A DNA stretch of 64,000 nucleotides, from the NCBI GenBank assembly GCA_030704615.1, contig CM060734.1:44578001-44642000 (forward strand), in the 5' to 3' direction. Positions 36,703 to 49,443 of this stretch are shown piece by piece. Each line of letters opens with the position of its first letter. The stretch's first letter is position 1. The DNA is from Takakia lepidozioides (Eukaryota > Plantae > Bryophyta). The position numbers and the translations under genes were made by a program. A model generated the notes under the pieces. That model did not search any database. It saw nothing but the letters and a program-made list of their open reading frames with translations, and was not told the origin of the DNA.

Positions 36703-39700
36703 CTAGAAAGGTTGTAGCAAAGGGTCCCGATTGACATCCTTGTACAATAAGTAACGCGACCTTGTCTTACCAAGAGCTGCATACCTGCAATTACAACCCT
36801 CCATATGGTCATACTACTTCCATCTTAACTCCCCTCCCCGTTGCAGCCTGATAAACACATGTTTACATGTAAGAGACACACTAAACTACTATTTTCATTC
36901 CCCTTACATCCTGTCTGATGCATCCAAATTGTTCACAGGCCTCATGGTCACAGGTCAGACAGACAAGAACAAATCCCTTCATCACGAATAAAAAACGGGT
37001 ACCGTGAGATCTCATGCATGCAAGTGTTTCTTGTCTTAAGAGCATACAAACGCGGTAATTTCAAAGTAAGGAAATATTTGATTTATCCATGGCTTTGGGC
37101 AAGAGAGAGCACCATTGGGGAACAAACGGGGCCATCCAAATGGCGTCACCAGCTTGCACTGGGTACCTGCATTGCACCAGCTTCACCTACTTAGCACTTT
37201 TTGTTTTGTACCCTGTATCGAGGCATATGGATTGTATGCCTGTGGGCATGAACCCAACCACCACCACTCTTCAGAACCTTGGCACACAAAAAACTATTAA
37301 TGTGGAACTCAGAACATTGTTTTTGTTACAGACAAAGTGGAGAGAGAAGGGGTACCATGTATCAGCCAGTCTGTAAATACCCCGTCCCTCCAACAGCAAG
37401 AGCCCATGCTGATTGTAGTGGACTTCCTGAAGAGAGCAAGGCACAGTACAGTATAAAACTCCCTCACCATTACAGGCAGATAGATGTTTTCATTAACCGT
37501 TTCCTGTAACTGTTTCCTGTGACCGTTTCCTAATGAGATAATTACGACATGTTTACGAGGTTACACCCACCAGGGTTTAAAACTTTGGCAGAAATTGTGA
37601 TGACAAACTGGTCACAGGCTTGATTTTCAGTGAGGAGAGCTCGAAAAAATAAGGGAAATTTGGTAAGAATGGGGTGGACAAAATGGTAACTCAATGTGAA
37701 AGCTTGGAATTTTCAGCACCAAAAGCATACTGATGAGTTGGAGACGGGAAAGGAGCTTACCTTTACATTTAAAAACTCGCCAGGTTGGAAATCCATGACC
37801 TGCATCCTCCACCCAAATAAAGGCACAAATGATTGAGAAAAATGTCATGACTTGACTGCAGTGACGTTTCTCTTGAACAGTTACCAAGCCAAGGATGTTA
37901 TAAAGTTTGTTGAATGTTCTTTCCAACCAAGCCTGTTTCCGCTACAAGGTTGTGAAGAGGAGCTTCATCTCTCAGGACCGGTGTCCACCATTTAAACCAG
38001 TGGTCAATGAACACACATACCCTAGTGTATGCCAGTCTTTGGCCAAGAGGAAATCAGGGCTTGGAAAACCACTGACTAGTGAACAAACTTGACAGCATGG
38101 ACAGAACAGATGGAGATGTACATGGATGTTGAAGTCATAGGCTGCATTTGTGGGCAGCAGCTTCCGCAATTCGAACACCTTCACATCAAAGCCAGTCGCC
38201 ATCAGTTAACCACATGGACCTTGAACCAGGGTTGGATGCATCCGCATAACTGTCACTAATGCATACGGATATGCGGAACTAATAATCAGACAAAAAAGTG
38301 ATGGTTACTAAATAGAATGGTGAGTAAATCCATAAGAAAACAAAAGGTTCAAGAACCTCACTTCTCCTGGAGTCTCCAAGAGTTGTTGTTTCTGGGTAGA
38401 ACCAACTATCAGCTCTGGAGGCTGGTTACCACCCTGGGTATATCTGCAGCCATCTCATCCTTGAAATTCAGAATAGCTTTGGGATGAAAAACTTCAATAT
38501 ACTACACTCTCATATACATATACCTCATTTTTTGGTCGGTCTGACTGCCTTTCCATCTGTCAATTACCCTCTCTCTCGATGCAGTTGACAGAATATTAAT
38601 AAAGGCAGAACTTCTCATCAGTACCTCATCATGTCTAAACGCACAGACCCAAGTCGAAGTTTCTGTTAGCCTCAATCCTTCAGTATGAAATTCCATATTG
38701 TGGTGGGATACAACTCTATGACCAGCTCCAGTAGGCATCTGGGTGGTGTCTCAGTTTACATCAAAGATCATTGAGTGCATCAGAATTCTCCATTATGGTG
38801 TCCATGAGAAAGGGACAACAGATCAAGGAGAGTGTCCCTCTTTTCAGCTCTCTCATGTTTCTACTGTGTCCTTATGCCCCTGGGCCTCCTATGGATGCAA
38901 TGAAATATTCTTCTTGTTTAAGCTTCCTGTATGCGTATTAAGCTCCTTTCATCCTTTCTTTCTTCTCTTCCTGTCACAGAATCATTGCAGGATGTAAGAA
39001 CTCTGTTTCTTATCACCTGCGCTCAAAAACAACCAAGGTTGCGGAAGATGCTGCAGTGACAAACATGTGGTCCAGCTCTGGAGGGATATATGCAAATTGA
39101 TCCACCTTTGCTCCATTCCATGCCACATCGACCATTCAGAAGTTGTAATTAGCATCAAGAACAGCATAGAATAGTAGCATGGAGATTTTGCAAACAAGGG
39201 GAAAGTGAAACAATTTGTGGTAATGAGCTGAGGCTTAGACTCTACGTAAAATCAGCAATACCACACAACCCTCCCCCAGCCTTTATGGATCCAAACATAG
39301 CCCCAAGGTTGATTGTCCCGAGGCAAGAACTGTGGGGGTTAGGTGGGGTCCACAGGGAAGGGGGGTATATATGTGGGCACACACATTAGAAAGGGACACC
39401 GAATGCAAAGAAGAGCGAAGAAAAATCATTACGTCCACTGACGGCTCAGAGGGCCCATGGGACAGTAGAACAGTGAGAGGGCCCCTACTTGCAAGGAATG
39501 GCTTTCAGGGGATGTGGCCGCGGTCAGCTGGACTTCACCTTCCACCACAAACACAAACCTGCAAGAGGAATCAAGATGGCAATGAGGAACTGATGATCCT
39601 GACCATCCAGGAGACAACAAATCATTACTGTGGCAAAGTTTCCCCACAAGTGCCACATGGCTCTACCACATGGAAGCCAGAGAAGGGGCAGTTTCATGTT

Positions 39701-42516
39701 GGCTTGCACACCAGGACCACTACAGGTATTTCATATTCACTACGCCTACCTGCAGGCCACTAACATATGGTGACACGAGCCTGCTGGCCAGCCCAATCAA
39801 CCTCATCCTTCCTAGTATTTTGGCTGGTCGAAGGCCTGCAATCCTGGCTGCCATTTACGAACTGGGAACCTAAGGAGCATGGATGAAATATGGATCAGCT
39901 ACATAATGCAAGATGTAATGGTCCAGATACAATCCCTTACTTCACAACTATGAACCCTCAATTCTACAGAGATACTGACACCATCACAGGAATTAGACAG
40001 CCACCGTTAGTATTTAGTTGCTACTGTGTGGGTGCACCATGGAAGCAAAGTCTAAAGCAGGAGTATTATTGGCAACACTCCATAAACCCCATGGCAAGCT
40101 GGCTGCAGCAGCAAATGTGACAACATTACTGGTGAGAACATGCATACATCAGGCATCAAAGGACCGTAGCTCTTGACCAACCATCCACACCAAACAGAAG
40201 GAAGGAACTTATACAACGTGCACAGGAAATCCAGGAGAGTGTATGAGAGAGCAAGAAGAGCTCACCTTTCTATGCCCACCAGGGGACAAGAAGATGAAGC
40301 ATTCCCTGCAAAACCTTACTGCACAAAAGTGAAGTGCAGCAATGTGGAACACATAAATCTTGTCTAGGGCTGCTCAGGATACCAAACTAAATTTTTCTAA
40401 AGGTCCAACGTAGCTAAATAAAATTGGTTCTGAAGGCAGTTACAAGAACAAAAGTGAAGTGCAGCAATGTGGAACACATAAATCTTGTCTAGGGCTGCTC
40501 AGGATACCAAACTAAACTTTTCTAAAGGTCCAACGTAGCTAAATAAAATTGGTTCTGAAGGTAGTTACAAGAAGCTACTTGGTAATATAGACAGAGCAAT
40601 GAGAAATAATGAAATCATGAATAGACACTTCACAAAGAGAGTCACACCAATCACATAGAAGCTATTATATGAAAAATTGCCACAACAAAAACTCATAACC
40701 TAGGTGCATTTTCACAAAAAGGGGGAGAGACACTATCACAGAACACCGGCCACATGCAAGCCCAAAAACTGCGTCCCTAATCAATTTCAAGGAAAGATAT
40801 TTGTGATAAGGGGAGGTAGATAACGTTTACAACATGCTACTACAACAGGAGGAATTAGTACTAACCTGCCATATGAGCAAGATACATAGAGAAGTGAGCC
40901 CCCACCGCAGGTGTGATCAGATATGCTGCCAATGTGTTGATCCTGTACTCACGACCCAGTTGCATGACCAACAATAGTCAGTTGCGCAACTCCTGACAGC
41001 TGCATCTTGCCATGGACAAAAGGAAATAAATAAGAGCTCAACACTTGAGAGATGGTCAGTGTACAACAGTGACTGGTCATAGCAGGAGTATTACAATCCC
41101 GCCCAGTGCTGGTTTGGAACAGATGATAGAGTTCCTTGATGTGTGTAGGATGAAAGCCTGTCATCTATCTTTCTTGCCGCAACTCTGTCACCCCCAAAAA
41201 GCTCGTAGATTGACGTAAACAATGGCAGAGAGAAGGCGAAGAGGAGGTACCAGCCAGGAAGGGCACTGAAGACCTGGCTTTCTGGAGTGATGAGCGCATA
41301 CTGTCTCTCATACACACTCCTAGTAAACCCTGGCAAGTCTGGTCCCCATAGAGACAGGTTTAGACCTGGTATTCGAATGTATTCATCTCCAAAATGCAAT
41401 ATGGTTGCAAATGCAAGTTTGGTTCTTGCTATCATTTTATCCTTTCATATACCCTACTTGTGCTCATCATGGCGAAGAAGAGGACAGGGTACCTACGGTG
41501 CAGGACAAGATTTTCACACTGTCTGTCCTACAATTTCCACAGGGCTCATCCCTTCATATATATTTCAGTAGTCCTACATGTAGTTGAAGGTAAAATCAAG
41601 CATGTGACATCCCTTTCTCCAGAGAAGTTTGGGGTCCAAGGTTTGGGATTCAACACACAAGGTCTTAGGTTCATGTAAGCCTTCCTAATATTGCCAGTTG
41701 CAGATTCAACTGTTAATTGAGATAGTGAAACTCCAATTTCAGTAAACTCATTCTTTCACCATCACCTAAATGAAAAGAAGTTAGGTTACTCACTCCTAAA
41801 GTGGAGAACGGGGTTTCCAGATGGCAGAGCAGTAAAGCAATGTCCCTGCCCAATTACAACTTAAACACATTGAACCACGCTAGCCTGCCCTGGCGCTACA
41901 CAACGTTTGCTAAGGGTAATCATTCGAAGGCCAAGTACCACCGCCTGAGAGTAATACATAATTGACATTGGCGAAAGGTGTGGCCAGCAAGATGAATGAA
42001 GGGAGGGGCACCGTGTATTGCTAGGTGAAATCATGTACCTTCGAGATAAGATGCGGCCAGAGTCGGATGTGTGACTTTGTAGTAAATGTCCGGTGCTACT
42101 GTCGTACAGCATTGCTCCAAATTACCCGGCACTACTGCGTACACTTGCCATATGATTATAAGTGCATCTTCTGGGGAAATACGATCTGGCTAGGACAATG
42201 TAGTAGCATGCTGAACAGCGGACGCCCCAGGCAAGAATTTCTCAGCATGTGAAATAACAATTTGGATGATATACAGCACGCAACGGAACAAAACGCTACA
42301 AATTCGTCAAGCATGCGTTCTGTTGTGCAAGTGGATCTCACATCTGCATTGCAATTCCATAATCTCAGAAGGAAAAAGAACTTATATTCGACTAGATACT
42401 TTACTCCGAATTACGTGTGGAAACCATAAGTCACCTTCATCTAGGCAAGAGCAGAGCGCAGGAGCGAAGGTGTGCAGCAGCAGAAAGAACAACAGCAAGA
42501 CTGAAAAGTCGGCCAT
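36703..42516 (-). CDS. UGLYAH: (S)-ureidoglycine aminohydrolase (bicupin, purine/ureide catabolism), ~308 aa with signal peptide
   Basis: [151 protein letters not shown]. 13 phase-consistent exons: 42435-42516, 42039-42134, 41251-41338, 40866-40942, 40266-40305, 39489-39558, 39017-39105, 38362-38443, 38122-38178, 37761-37799, 37356-37426, 37113-37166, 36703-36784. Confidence 0.95.
40324..40573. repeat. Near-perfect tandem duplication, 125-bp unit, in UGLYAH intron 4
   Basis: CAAAAGTGAAGTGCAGCAATGTGG...GTTACAAGAA at 40324-40448 and 40449-40573, about 2 mismatches. Confidence 0.95.
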
Positions 42517-43228
42517 CGCTACACCTATATCCAGATAGATGTCCTTTCTCCTTGCGCCACCTTCCTTCCGTTCGGGAGCATCGCCAACTAACCAGAACAA
42601 GACATCGCAGGATAAGATGAGCGCCACACACCGGTCATTCCTCCGACACACTTATTAGGGGCCGAGGGGCCCTCAAGCTCGGTAACGCTGTCCACTTTAC
42701 CTCTAAACGGTGACGATAAACTCGGTGAAAAAGCCTCCAAAAACACAGAGATATCAAAGAGCGATATCAAATGTGAGATCTGCCTAGGTGGAAAGTGGAA
42801 ACACATTTCAGATCAATGTCTCTGGAAGAAATTCCTACAATAAGCTTATACCGCGTGTTAATGCGACAAGTCCCACAGACACCGAGCTTCACGCATGTGC
42901 TGCACATGTTGACGCTCGCAGGTAGACTTTGACGAACTACCCTAAAAAAACTGCGAGTCCGCACAAAGCCGATCGCGAAATTGAACTGAAGCTGCTCGCG
43001 ATACGTGTTCTCTACAAGCATTCCGTGCCGTAGCTGCGTGGCAATACACTGGGCCCTTTGTCAATTGAATGTGGACGTGCAGCAAATCTTGACAGTGCGC
43101 GTGTAGGTTTTTCTTTTCTGAAACACCTCTGTTTGCTGTTTGCTCCTGGGAACTCCCCTTTTAAATGCGATGTAGTGTTGTGGATGATCATCGCCCGAGG
43201 AGATAGTAGAAGGAACAAGGAGGTGGAG

Positions 43229-44785
43229 ATGGCTTCGAAGAATATGACTGGAGTCACGGGCGATGCTAATGGAGAACCAGCTGTCTCAATCAGAATCAGG
43301 CCAAGGTTGCCCGACTTTCTTCAGTCAGTGAATCTGAAGTATGTGAAGCTGGGATACCACTATGCCATCACTCATGCGATGTTCCTGTTGGTTGTACCTC
43401 TCCTTGTTGCGGTGGCTGCAGAGATTAGCCGACTAGGCCAAAACGATATCAGGCAGCTGTGGGAGCATTTGCAGTTTAATCTTGTAAGTGTGTTGGTCTG
43501 TTCGGGATCCTTGGTTTTTGGTGTCACTCTTTACTTCATGTCTCGGCCCCGACCAATCTACCTGGTCGATTTTGCTTGCTACAAGCCTGAGGATGACAGG
43601 AAGTGTGCATACGAGCTTTTCATGGAGCGATCAGCACAGTCAGGTGCGTTCAATGAGCGCAGCTTGGACTTCCAAAAGAAGATTTTAGAGCGATCTGGCC
43701 TTGGCCAAGAAACGTACCTTCCCCGGGCGGTTTTAAGTTCTCCCCCTAATCCGTGCATGAAAGAAGCTCGCCTGGAGGCTGAGATGGTGATGTTTGGTGC
43801 TTTGGATGAGCTTTTCGAGAAGACTGGGGTTATGCCCAAGGACATTGGCATCCTGGTGGTGAACTGCAGTTTGTTCAATCCGACTCCGTCGCTTTCGGCT
43901 ATGATTGTTAACCACTACAGGATGAGAGGAAACATTGTCAGCCTGAATCTGGGGGGCATGGGATGCAGTGCTGGTGTCATTGCCATTGATCTTGCAAAGG
44001 ACTTACTGCAAGTGCATCGAAACTCCTATGCGATTGTTGTTTCCATGGAGAACATAACACTCAATTGGTATTTCGGCAATGACCGATCGAAGTTGGTGTC
44101 GAACTGCATTTTTCGCGTGGGAGGCGCGGCCATTCTCCTTTCTAACAAGAGCAAGGAGAGGAGAAGGGCAAAGTATGAGCTAGTGCACACAGTCAGAACG
44201 CACAAGGGGGCAGATGACAAGTGCTTTCAGTGTGTTTTTCAAGAAGAGGATGAGAGTGGATCTCTAGGGGTCTCTCTTTCCAGAGAGCTTATGGGGGTCG
44301 CTGGGGATGCCCTCAAGGCAAACATCACCACTCTTGGTCCGCTTGTCCTGCCACTCTCTGAGCAGATCCTTTTCTTTGCCACTCTAGTTGGCCGCAAGGC
44401 TTTCAACATGAAGATCAAGCCTTATATCCCGGATTTCAAGCTCGCATTCGAACATTTCTGCATTCATGCGGGAGGAAGGGCTGTGTTGGACGAGATAGAG
44501 AAGAACTTGCAGCTGTCTGAATGGCACATGGAACCCTCGCGTATGACGCTGTACAGGTTTGGAAACACTTCTAGCAGCTCCCCGTGGTACGAGTTGGCCT
44601 ACACAGAAGCCAAAGGTAGGGTGAGACGAGGCGACCGTGTGTGGCAGATTGCATTCGGTTCAGGATTTAAGTGCAATAGTGCGGTGTGGCGCGCTCTTCG
44701 AAGTGTGAAGGCCCCTGTAATGAACCCCTGGTCAGATTGCATTGACAAACTGCCAGTGAAGGTTCCTACGTGGACAAGTCTGTAG
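43229..44785 (+). CDS. KCS: 3-ketoacyl-CoA synthase (FAE1/KCS family, VLCFA elongase condensing enzyme), intronless
   Basis: [19 protein letters not shown], catalytic [27 protein letters not shown] and [11 protein letters not shown]. Start at MASKN is most plausible; an in-frame ATG at 43184 is also possible. Confidence 0.96.
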   Translation: MASKNMTGVTGDANGEPAVSIRIRPRLPDFLQSVNLKYVKLGYHYAITHAMFLLVVPLLVAVAAEISRLGQNDIRQLWEHLQFNLVSVLVCSGSLVFGVTLYFMSRPRPIYLVDFACYKPEDDRKCAYELFMERSAQSGAFNERSLDFQKKILERSGLGQETYLPRAVLSSPPNPCMKEARLEAEMVMFGALDELFEKTGVMPKDIGILVVNCSLFNPTPSLSAMIVNHYRMRGNIVSLNLGGMGCSAGVIAIDLAKDLLQVHRNSYAIVVSMENITLNWYFGNDRSKLVSNCIFRVGGAAILLSNKSKERRRAKYELVHTVRTHKGADDKCFQCVFQEEDESGSLGVSLSRELMGVAGDALKANITTLGPLVLPLSEQILFFATLVGRKAFNMKIKPYIPDFKLAFEHFCIHAGGRAVLDEIEKNLQLSEWHMEPSRMTLYRFGNTSSSSPWYELAYTEAKGRVRRGDRVWQIAFGSGFKCNSAVWRALRSVKAPVMNPWSDCIDKLPVKVPTWTSL

Positions 44786-45289
44786 ATTAACATCGGTCAA
44801 TCAATGGCCTCCAAGCTCCGAGTCCCAGGAACCACAAAAGATGAGGTTTTCAAATTGATACTACTTACCTAGCATTGTTTCGGCATCAAGTGAACTACTC
44901 GAGTACGTACAAGCCTGCCTGTAGCTAGTACAGTACAGCTAGCACAAGTGTCAATACAAGTGTCCAACTTTCAATGAAGTTTCAATATCCAATAGCGGTA
45001 AGCCATTCTTTCACGAATGTACTGTTGACAGCGTGCAGCTTTGCAACCTCATGCAATCCTTTAGGCTGGAGTGAGGAAAATCAGGAGCCATATACGCTTG
45101 TAACCGTTTTATGACTTCAGTTAGGAGCGGTGATGATTGATTAGGTAGATGAGATGACCTCGGGTGGTCACTGGTCACTCCTTGTAGAATGTTCCTCTTG
45201 CAAGTCTATGTGTCCCTTCATCACCTTCCCTTGCAAGCCCTACTGCTAGTGTCTACTATCTACCTATTATGAGCCCACATACTCTAGGT

Positions 45290-45665
45290 GGTATGACATT
45301 CATCTTTCTCTATCTGATCGGTAGCATATGCAAGAAGTGAAGCTGTACGATCTTGTAAGAAACCTAAGAAGTTTACAAGAAAAAGGCTTCATCTTTCAGT
45401 CTGATATGCTCACCAAGCAATGAAATTTTGTTTGCTCTTCTGGCAGTTATCTTCCATGACAAAGTCAAAATCAAAGACCCTATATCTACAATCATTCTAG
45501 AATAGAGGCAGCGAAGTATTTGTAACTCTCTGCCGGGGCCATCAACCTTCTCCACCGTAACCTGCTGTGCTTTCTCATCGATTCTGAAGACGATGTAGCG
45601 GTACATCTTCTATTTAGCTTCATGAACTTGATTTTGCACTCCTCACTCCCCTGATGCTGCCTTGC
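45290..45665 (-). pseudogene. ADF: Actin-depolymerizing factor (ADF/cofilin) pseudogene
   Basis: ECKIKFMKL / MYRYIVFRIDEKAQQVTVEK / PAESYKYFAAS / NDCRYRVFDFDFVMEDNCQKSK..FIAW spread over different frames (at least 3 frameshifts). Intron after FIAW retained. Confidence 0.85.
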
Positions 45666-45899
45666 CTGGGGGCTATCATAACAAGCTGAGAAAAAAATCA
45701 TAGTGCAGAAGCACTATCTCCAAACAGATGCTACTAGGAGTCAACCCGAACAGTGTCCCAAATAGACTGTAAGATGACTGAAAGCTAAGCAGAGTCCTGT
45801 GGGAGGCAGCAAAGGGCCAGAGAGCCAAAGACCACAGGGAGGAAACATCCCTTCCTCCTACGGGGCTTGAGATTCAAGTGGGCCTTCATCTTTGTGTCT

Positions 45900-47400
45900 C
45901 TGTTCTTGCAGTGCCTCAATTGATATCCATGTCTTCTCTTTCACTCCGGGAAGGCCATGGGTTAGGAGAGAATCCAGCAATCTGGAGGATGGTCACTCCA
46001 GATGGTCTTGTCCGCAGAAGTCCTTCAACAAAGAAATCCGTTTCTTCCCCATGAAGAGTCGAATTTGGCAATGATTCCTTCTCTTTTCTTTTGACTGCTT
46101 TTGAGAAGTGCTGCAACCACCCGCTCCCACTCTTTTTTCTCCTCAGTAAAGAAGTCAAAATAAATGACATGCAATATTTTAGAGAGGCAAGGGATCTTGT
46201 GCTCAAAGACAACCTTACATGTGCTTTTCCATAAGTGCCAAAGAGATCTAACTCTAAGAGATATCTGAATTTTAGACCAGATGGCTCGGGTGTACCAACA
46301 AATAGTAAACAGTGCTCCAAGGTCTCCTCTATGCCAATGTAACAAGATTGACATAGTAATGGAGGATCTAAGAGAGCACCCACAGGGAGAATCCTATTAA
46401 TCATTCTCCAGATTAAGTATTTTAGAGGAGCAATGCTTCCTCAATACATCCTTCCAAATCAAAACCCAAGGGATAGGATGGTCCGAGAGATGTGCCCATT
46501 TACCATCCCATCTATTCAAGAAATCCAACACAGGAGAGATCAATGCTCTACCTAATTTAACTGAGTATGAGAAAAAGTAGGAGATTTCCATCTCTACTCC
46601 AACACCATTCACCAGGATCATAATCCAGTAAGGAAGTAGACCGTCTTAGAACCAGAAAAGCTTAGCATGCGAACACGATTCCAAGAGGTCCTGGAGTGGA
46701 ACAGGGTTAACAGCTCCAGATATCCAATGAATAATCCTGACGTCAATCTAAGTGTCCACCGTGACAGAGATGTTTCCATACAGACAAAACATACTCTGTG
46801 AAGAAGCTGTAAAGGTCAAGCAAGATGCAATAATGAGATAACGACCATAATGTCACAAGGACGACCTGTGAAACATCCTTTCCACACCAGCCAAACAGGC
46901 ATCGAGGGGGAGGAGTCCCCAGAAAGCACGAATATTACTGGAAACAAGTTCCCAACCATGAGCAAATCAGCTGGCACCAATATAGACCTTAGCCAAAAGG
47001 AGATTACCTGCATCAACGTTATCCCAAAAGCTCTGAGCTGCAGAAAACGACCTGCTGTCAGGTATTGGAACTCTTCCTACCAGCAGGTTCGGTTTTTTCA
47101 TACCAGTGGTGATACCATGGGTTGATTTGATGACGGAAACCCTATGTACCAGACCAACACTGGTTGAAATCAACAAGCTATCACTTTTAAGATTGAGATA
47201 TAAAGGTTTCATCAGTGAGCAAGAGTAGACGTAGGGACAACATAACATATCTGGGGCTTCTTCAAGGATTACTGGCGATGGTTGTTGCAACATTGCAGAC
47301 ACTCACTCTTGTAAAGCCAAGCCAACAAGGGATTTACATCATGCATTAGATTGGTGTACCTCCGATGATTTTATTATGGCAGCAAACTGCTCTTTGAAGA
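45900..47400 (-). mobile_element. Degenerate L1-type LINE ORF2 3' remnant
   Basis: AGRFLQL...LMQVISFWLRSILVP, WLVWK.C, and zf-RVT-like LCQSCYIGIEETLEHCL / ICWYTRAIW / LWHLWKSTC..VFE. Many stops and frameshifts; boundaries approximate. Confidence 0.7.
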
Positions 47401-47753
47401 CTTGAAATGTAGCTCAGATTAGTCAATATTCTCATCAGCTGTAACATTAGATCCTTCCTACACACAGCATTCAAGTCGAGGATAAACCTCAGCCCCGAGA
47501 GAGAAGCCCATGCACACCTAATACTAGACCTCATGAATCGCTGAGCTGCTATCTGGGGGACTGTATGCACAACTTGTTTACTCAACGACCCCTTTCATGC
47601 TCAGCCACAAGCCGTGGCAGCATGACTGATAATCTCATGAAGGTCCTCAAGAATGCACCCCAGAATGTGAGCCCCACACCATACCCGCTTCAATTCAAGA
47701 CTGGCAGACACTACATTGAACAAAGACACCAACCCCCTCGAATTTCCAATCCC

Positions 47754-48134
47754 CTACTTCTGGTAACCATCCCCGGGGTCATCATCAATATGATACGCTT
47801 TTCCCATGACAAAGTACTTGCCGGGCGTGGGCGGCAAATCCTTCAATTCAGCTGCAAGAGCCGAAGGCTCGACCTGTTGTTCTTTCACCACAAGATGACG
47901 CCGCCGATCCCGTGTATAGTACTTGATGTCATACACATTCTCAGGCTCAGAATGCGGGATAATTGCTCGCTTGAGCTGCGTGGCTGGTGCGTGCACTCTG
48001 TACTCGGTGGCCATGGGCACTGACTCCAGGTACTCAGGTGCTGCTGTTGGCCCTGTGATTTCCCATGGCTTCTTCACCAATTTCAACAGTCCTTCCGCCT
48101 TGCTCACCAAACCCTTCAGAAAATTCCTCGCCAT
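47754..48134 (-). CDS. NDUFA7: NADH dehydrogenase (ubiquinone) complex I subunit B14.5a / NDUFA7, intronless, 126 aa
   Basis: KKPWEITGP..PEYLESVP.ATEYR..PAT...AIIPHSEPE.VYDI.YY.RD.RR...GDGYQK matches plant B14.5a as recalled. Telo-box TTAGGGTTT 48168-48176 and a (GA)n tract upstream. Confidence 0.88.
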   Translation of the reverse strand: MARNFLKGLVSKAEGLLKLVKKPWEITGPTAAPEYLESVPMATEYRVHAPATQLKRAIIPHSEPENVYDIKYYTRDRRRHLVVKEQQVEPSALAAELKDLPPTPGKYFVMGKAYHIDDDPGDGYQK

Positions 48135-48439
48135 ATCCTTCAACCTCGCTCTCTCTCTCTCTCTCGGTTAGGGTTTGTCAGGTCAGACAACTGCGTTTCC
48201 GTGATGGCTAATAAAACTATTTTACACTCCATTACATTTTCCTTAAAAATATTTATTACGACGTCTCCAATTTCGATGCCGTCACTGCTGTCGGTAACAC
48301 GTGTCGTCCTCTGGACCAACAAGACATCCATCCAGAATTCATCCCGTAGTATCCTGTCCATCCTAGCTAAAGTGCTGTACTTTCATTGGTCCTGCCTTCC
48401 CACGCAGGGTTCTCGAATATGGCACGAATAGTCTCGAAT

Positions 48440-48716
48440 CAGTGTTTTTTTGGTTTTCAAATTTGGAAAATAACAGGAGTGGATACTGAGTTTTGCAGGA
48501 AATAGCCATATTTTCTGTTCATCCACTGAAATTTCGACAGAATCATCCTCCTCTGTACGTTCATCCATTTATATCATCCTAGGCGAATTCATCCTCAGTT
48601 CTTTTTGGAGAATTTTGGCGATTTCATCCATGAGAAAATAGGGAATTTGCGACAGAATATTCGATTTGTTTTTTGAGGTCGAAAAAGTGCGAAATTTCAC
48701 CAGAAATAAAAACACT
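48440..48716. mobile_element. Probable hAT-type MITE between NDUFA7 and OXLD1
   Basis: Ends CAGTGTTTTT / AAAAACACT; flanks TCTCGAAT and TCTCGATG are a partial TSD. Internal TTTGGAAAA.AACAGGA.TGG.TACTGAGTTTTGCAGGAAATAGCCATATT recurs at ~36059-36110. Confidence 0.55.
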
Positions 48717-48841
48717 CTCGATGAACAAGCGAATTAGTTCAAGACAGGTTTACATGGAATATCTCATCCATATTTAAGAGATGAAACAAACTTTATATAT
48801 CGAACTAATTGTCGACAAAGAAAGACTCAGCGGCATGTGGC

Positions 48842-49330
48842 ATGTCTTTCTTGTTTCTCGCACGCCTGCGTGTCCCGTGGTGTGTGTGTGTATCCACGGG
48901 GATGGGCCAAATGGCGTCCCCGACCCGCAGATCGGTGACCAGCCAAGGCGCACATGGAGATCTGCCAGTAGACGAGGCCCAGAAGATGACGGAGAAAGAG
49001 AGAGACGGGTGTGAGTTCGGAAATCGTGAATCCAAGGTGGGAGTATGCGAGAAGGCACAGGAGAAAGAGGGTGAGGTTGATACCGAGGGTAAGGGTTTGA
49101 GATCGCTGACTATGGTTGAATCAACAGGGGGGGAACCGGTGAAGGAGGATGAGGGGATTGAACGAGCCGGGGAGAAGGAGGGGGAGAGTGGCGACGATCT
49201 TGGACCTCCGCCCGAGAGGCCACTTCCAGGCGATTGCTGTGGCCAAGGATGCGACGTATGTGTGTGGGATAGATACCATGACGAGCTCCGAGACTACAAT
49301 GAGCTCAAAAAAGCGTTGAAAAAACCCTAG
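48842..49330 (+). CDS. OXLD1: Oxidoreductase-like domain-containing protein (OXLD1-like)
   Basis: C-terminal Oxidored-like motif PPERPLPGDCCGQGCDVCVWDRYHDELRDY. First in-frame ATG at 48842 gives an R-rich presequence-like N-terminus. Confidence 0.85.
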   Translation: MSFLFLARLRVPWCVCVSTGMGQMASPTRRSVTSQGAHGDLPVDEAQKMTEKERDGCEFGNRESKVGVCEKAQEKEGEVDTEGKGLRSLTMVESTGGEPVKEDEGIERAGEKEGESGDDLGPPPERPLPGDCCGQGCDVCVWDRYHDELRDYNELKKALKKP

Positions 49331-49443
49331 TAAATTGAACTTCAGGGAGAGGGGCGGACGGTGAAGGGGGAGATTCAGGAATAATCGACCTGAAGTTACT
49401 CCATATGTGGAAGAAAAGAGATTTTTAAATTTTCTGCAACTAG

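Noticed and set aside
41455-41495. Candidate extra UGLYAH exon ([11 protein letters not shown])
   Set aside because: Wrong phase (introduces a stop), and the gene reads through correctly from 42039 to 41338 without it.
43058-43228. 57-aa N-terminal extension of KCS in the ORF track
   Set aside because: It relies on a TTG start, and recognisable KCS sequence begins after the ATG at 43229.
43488-44793. Antisense and alternative-frame ORFs over KCS (similarly over FUT, MMtag and NDUFA7)
   Set aside because: Shadow ORFs of real coding sequence with no independent motifs.
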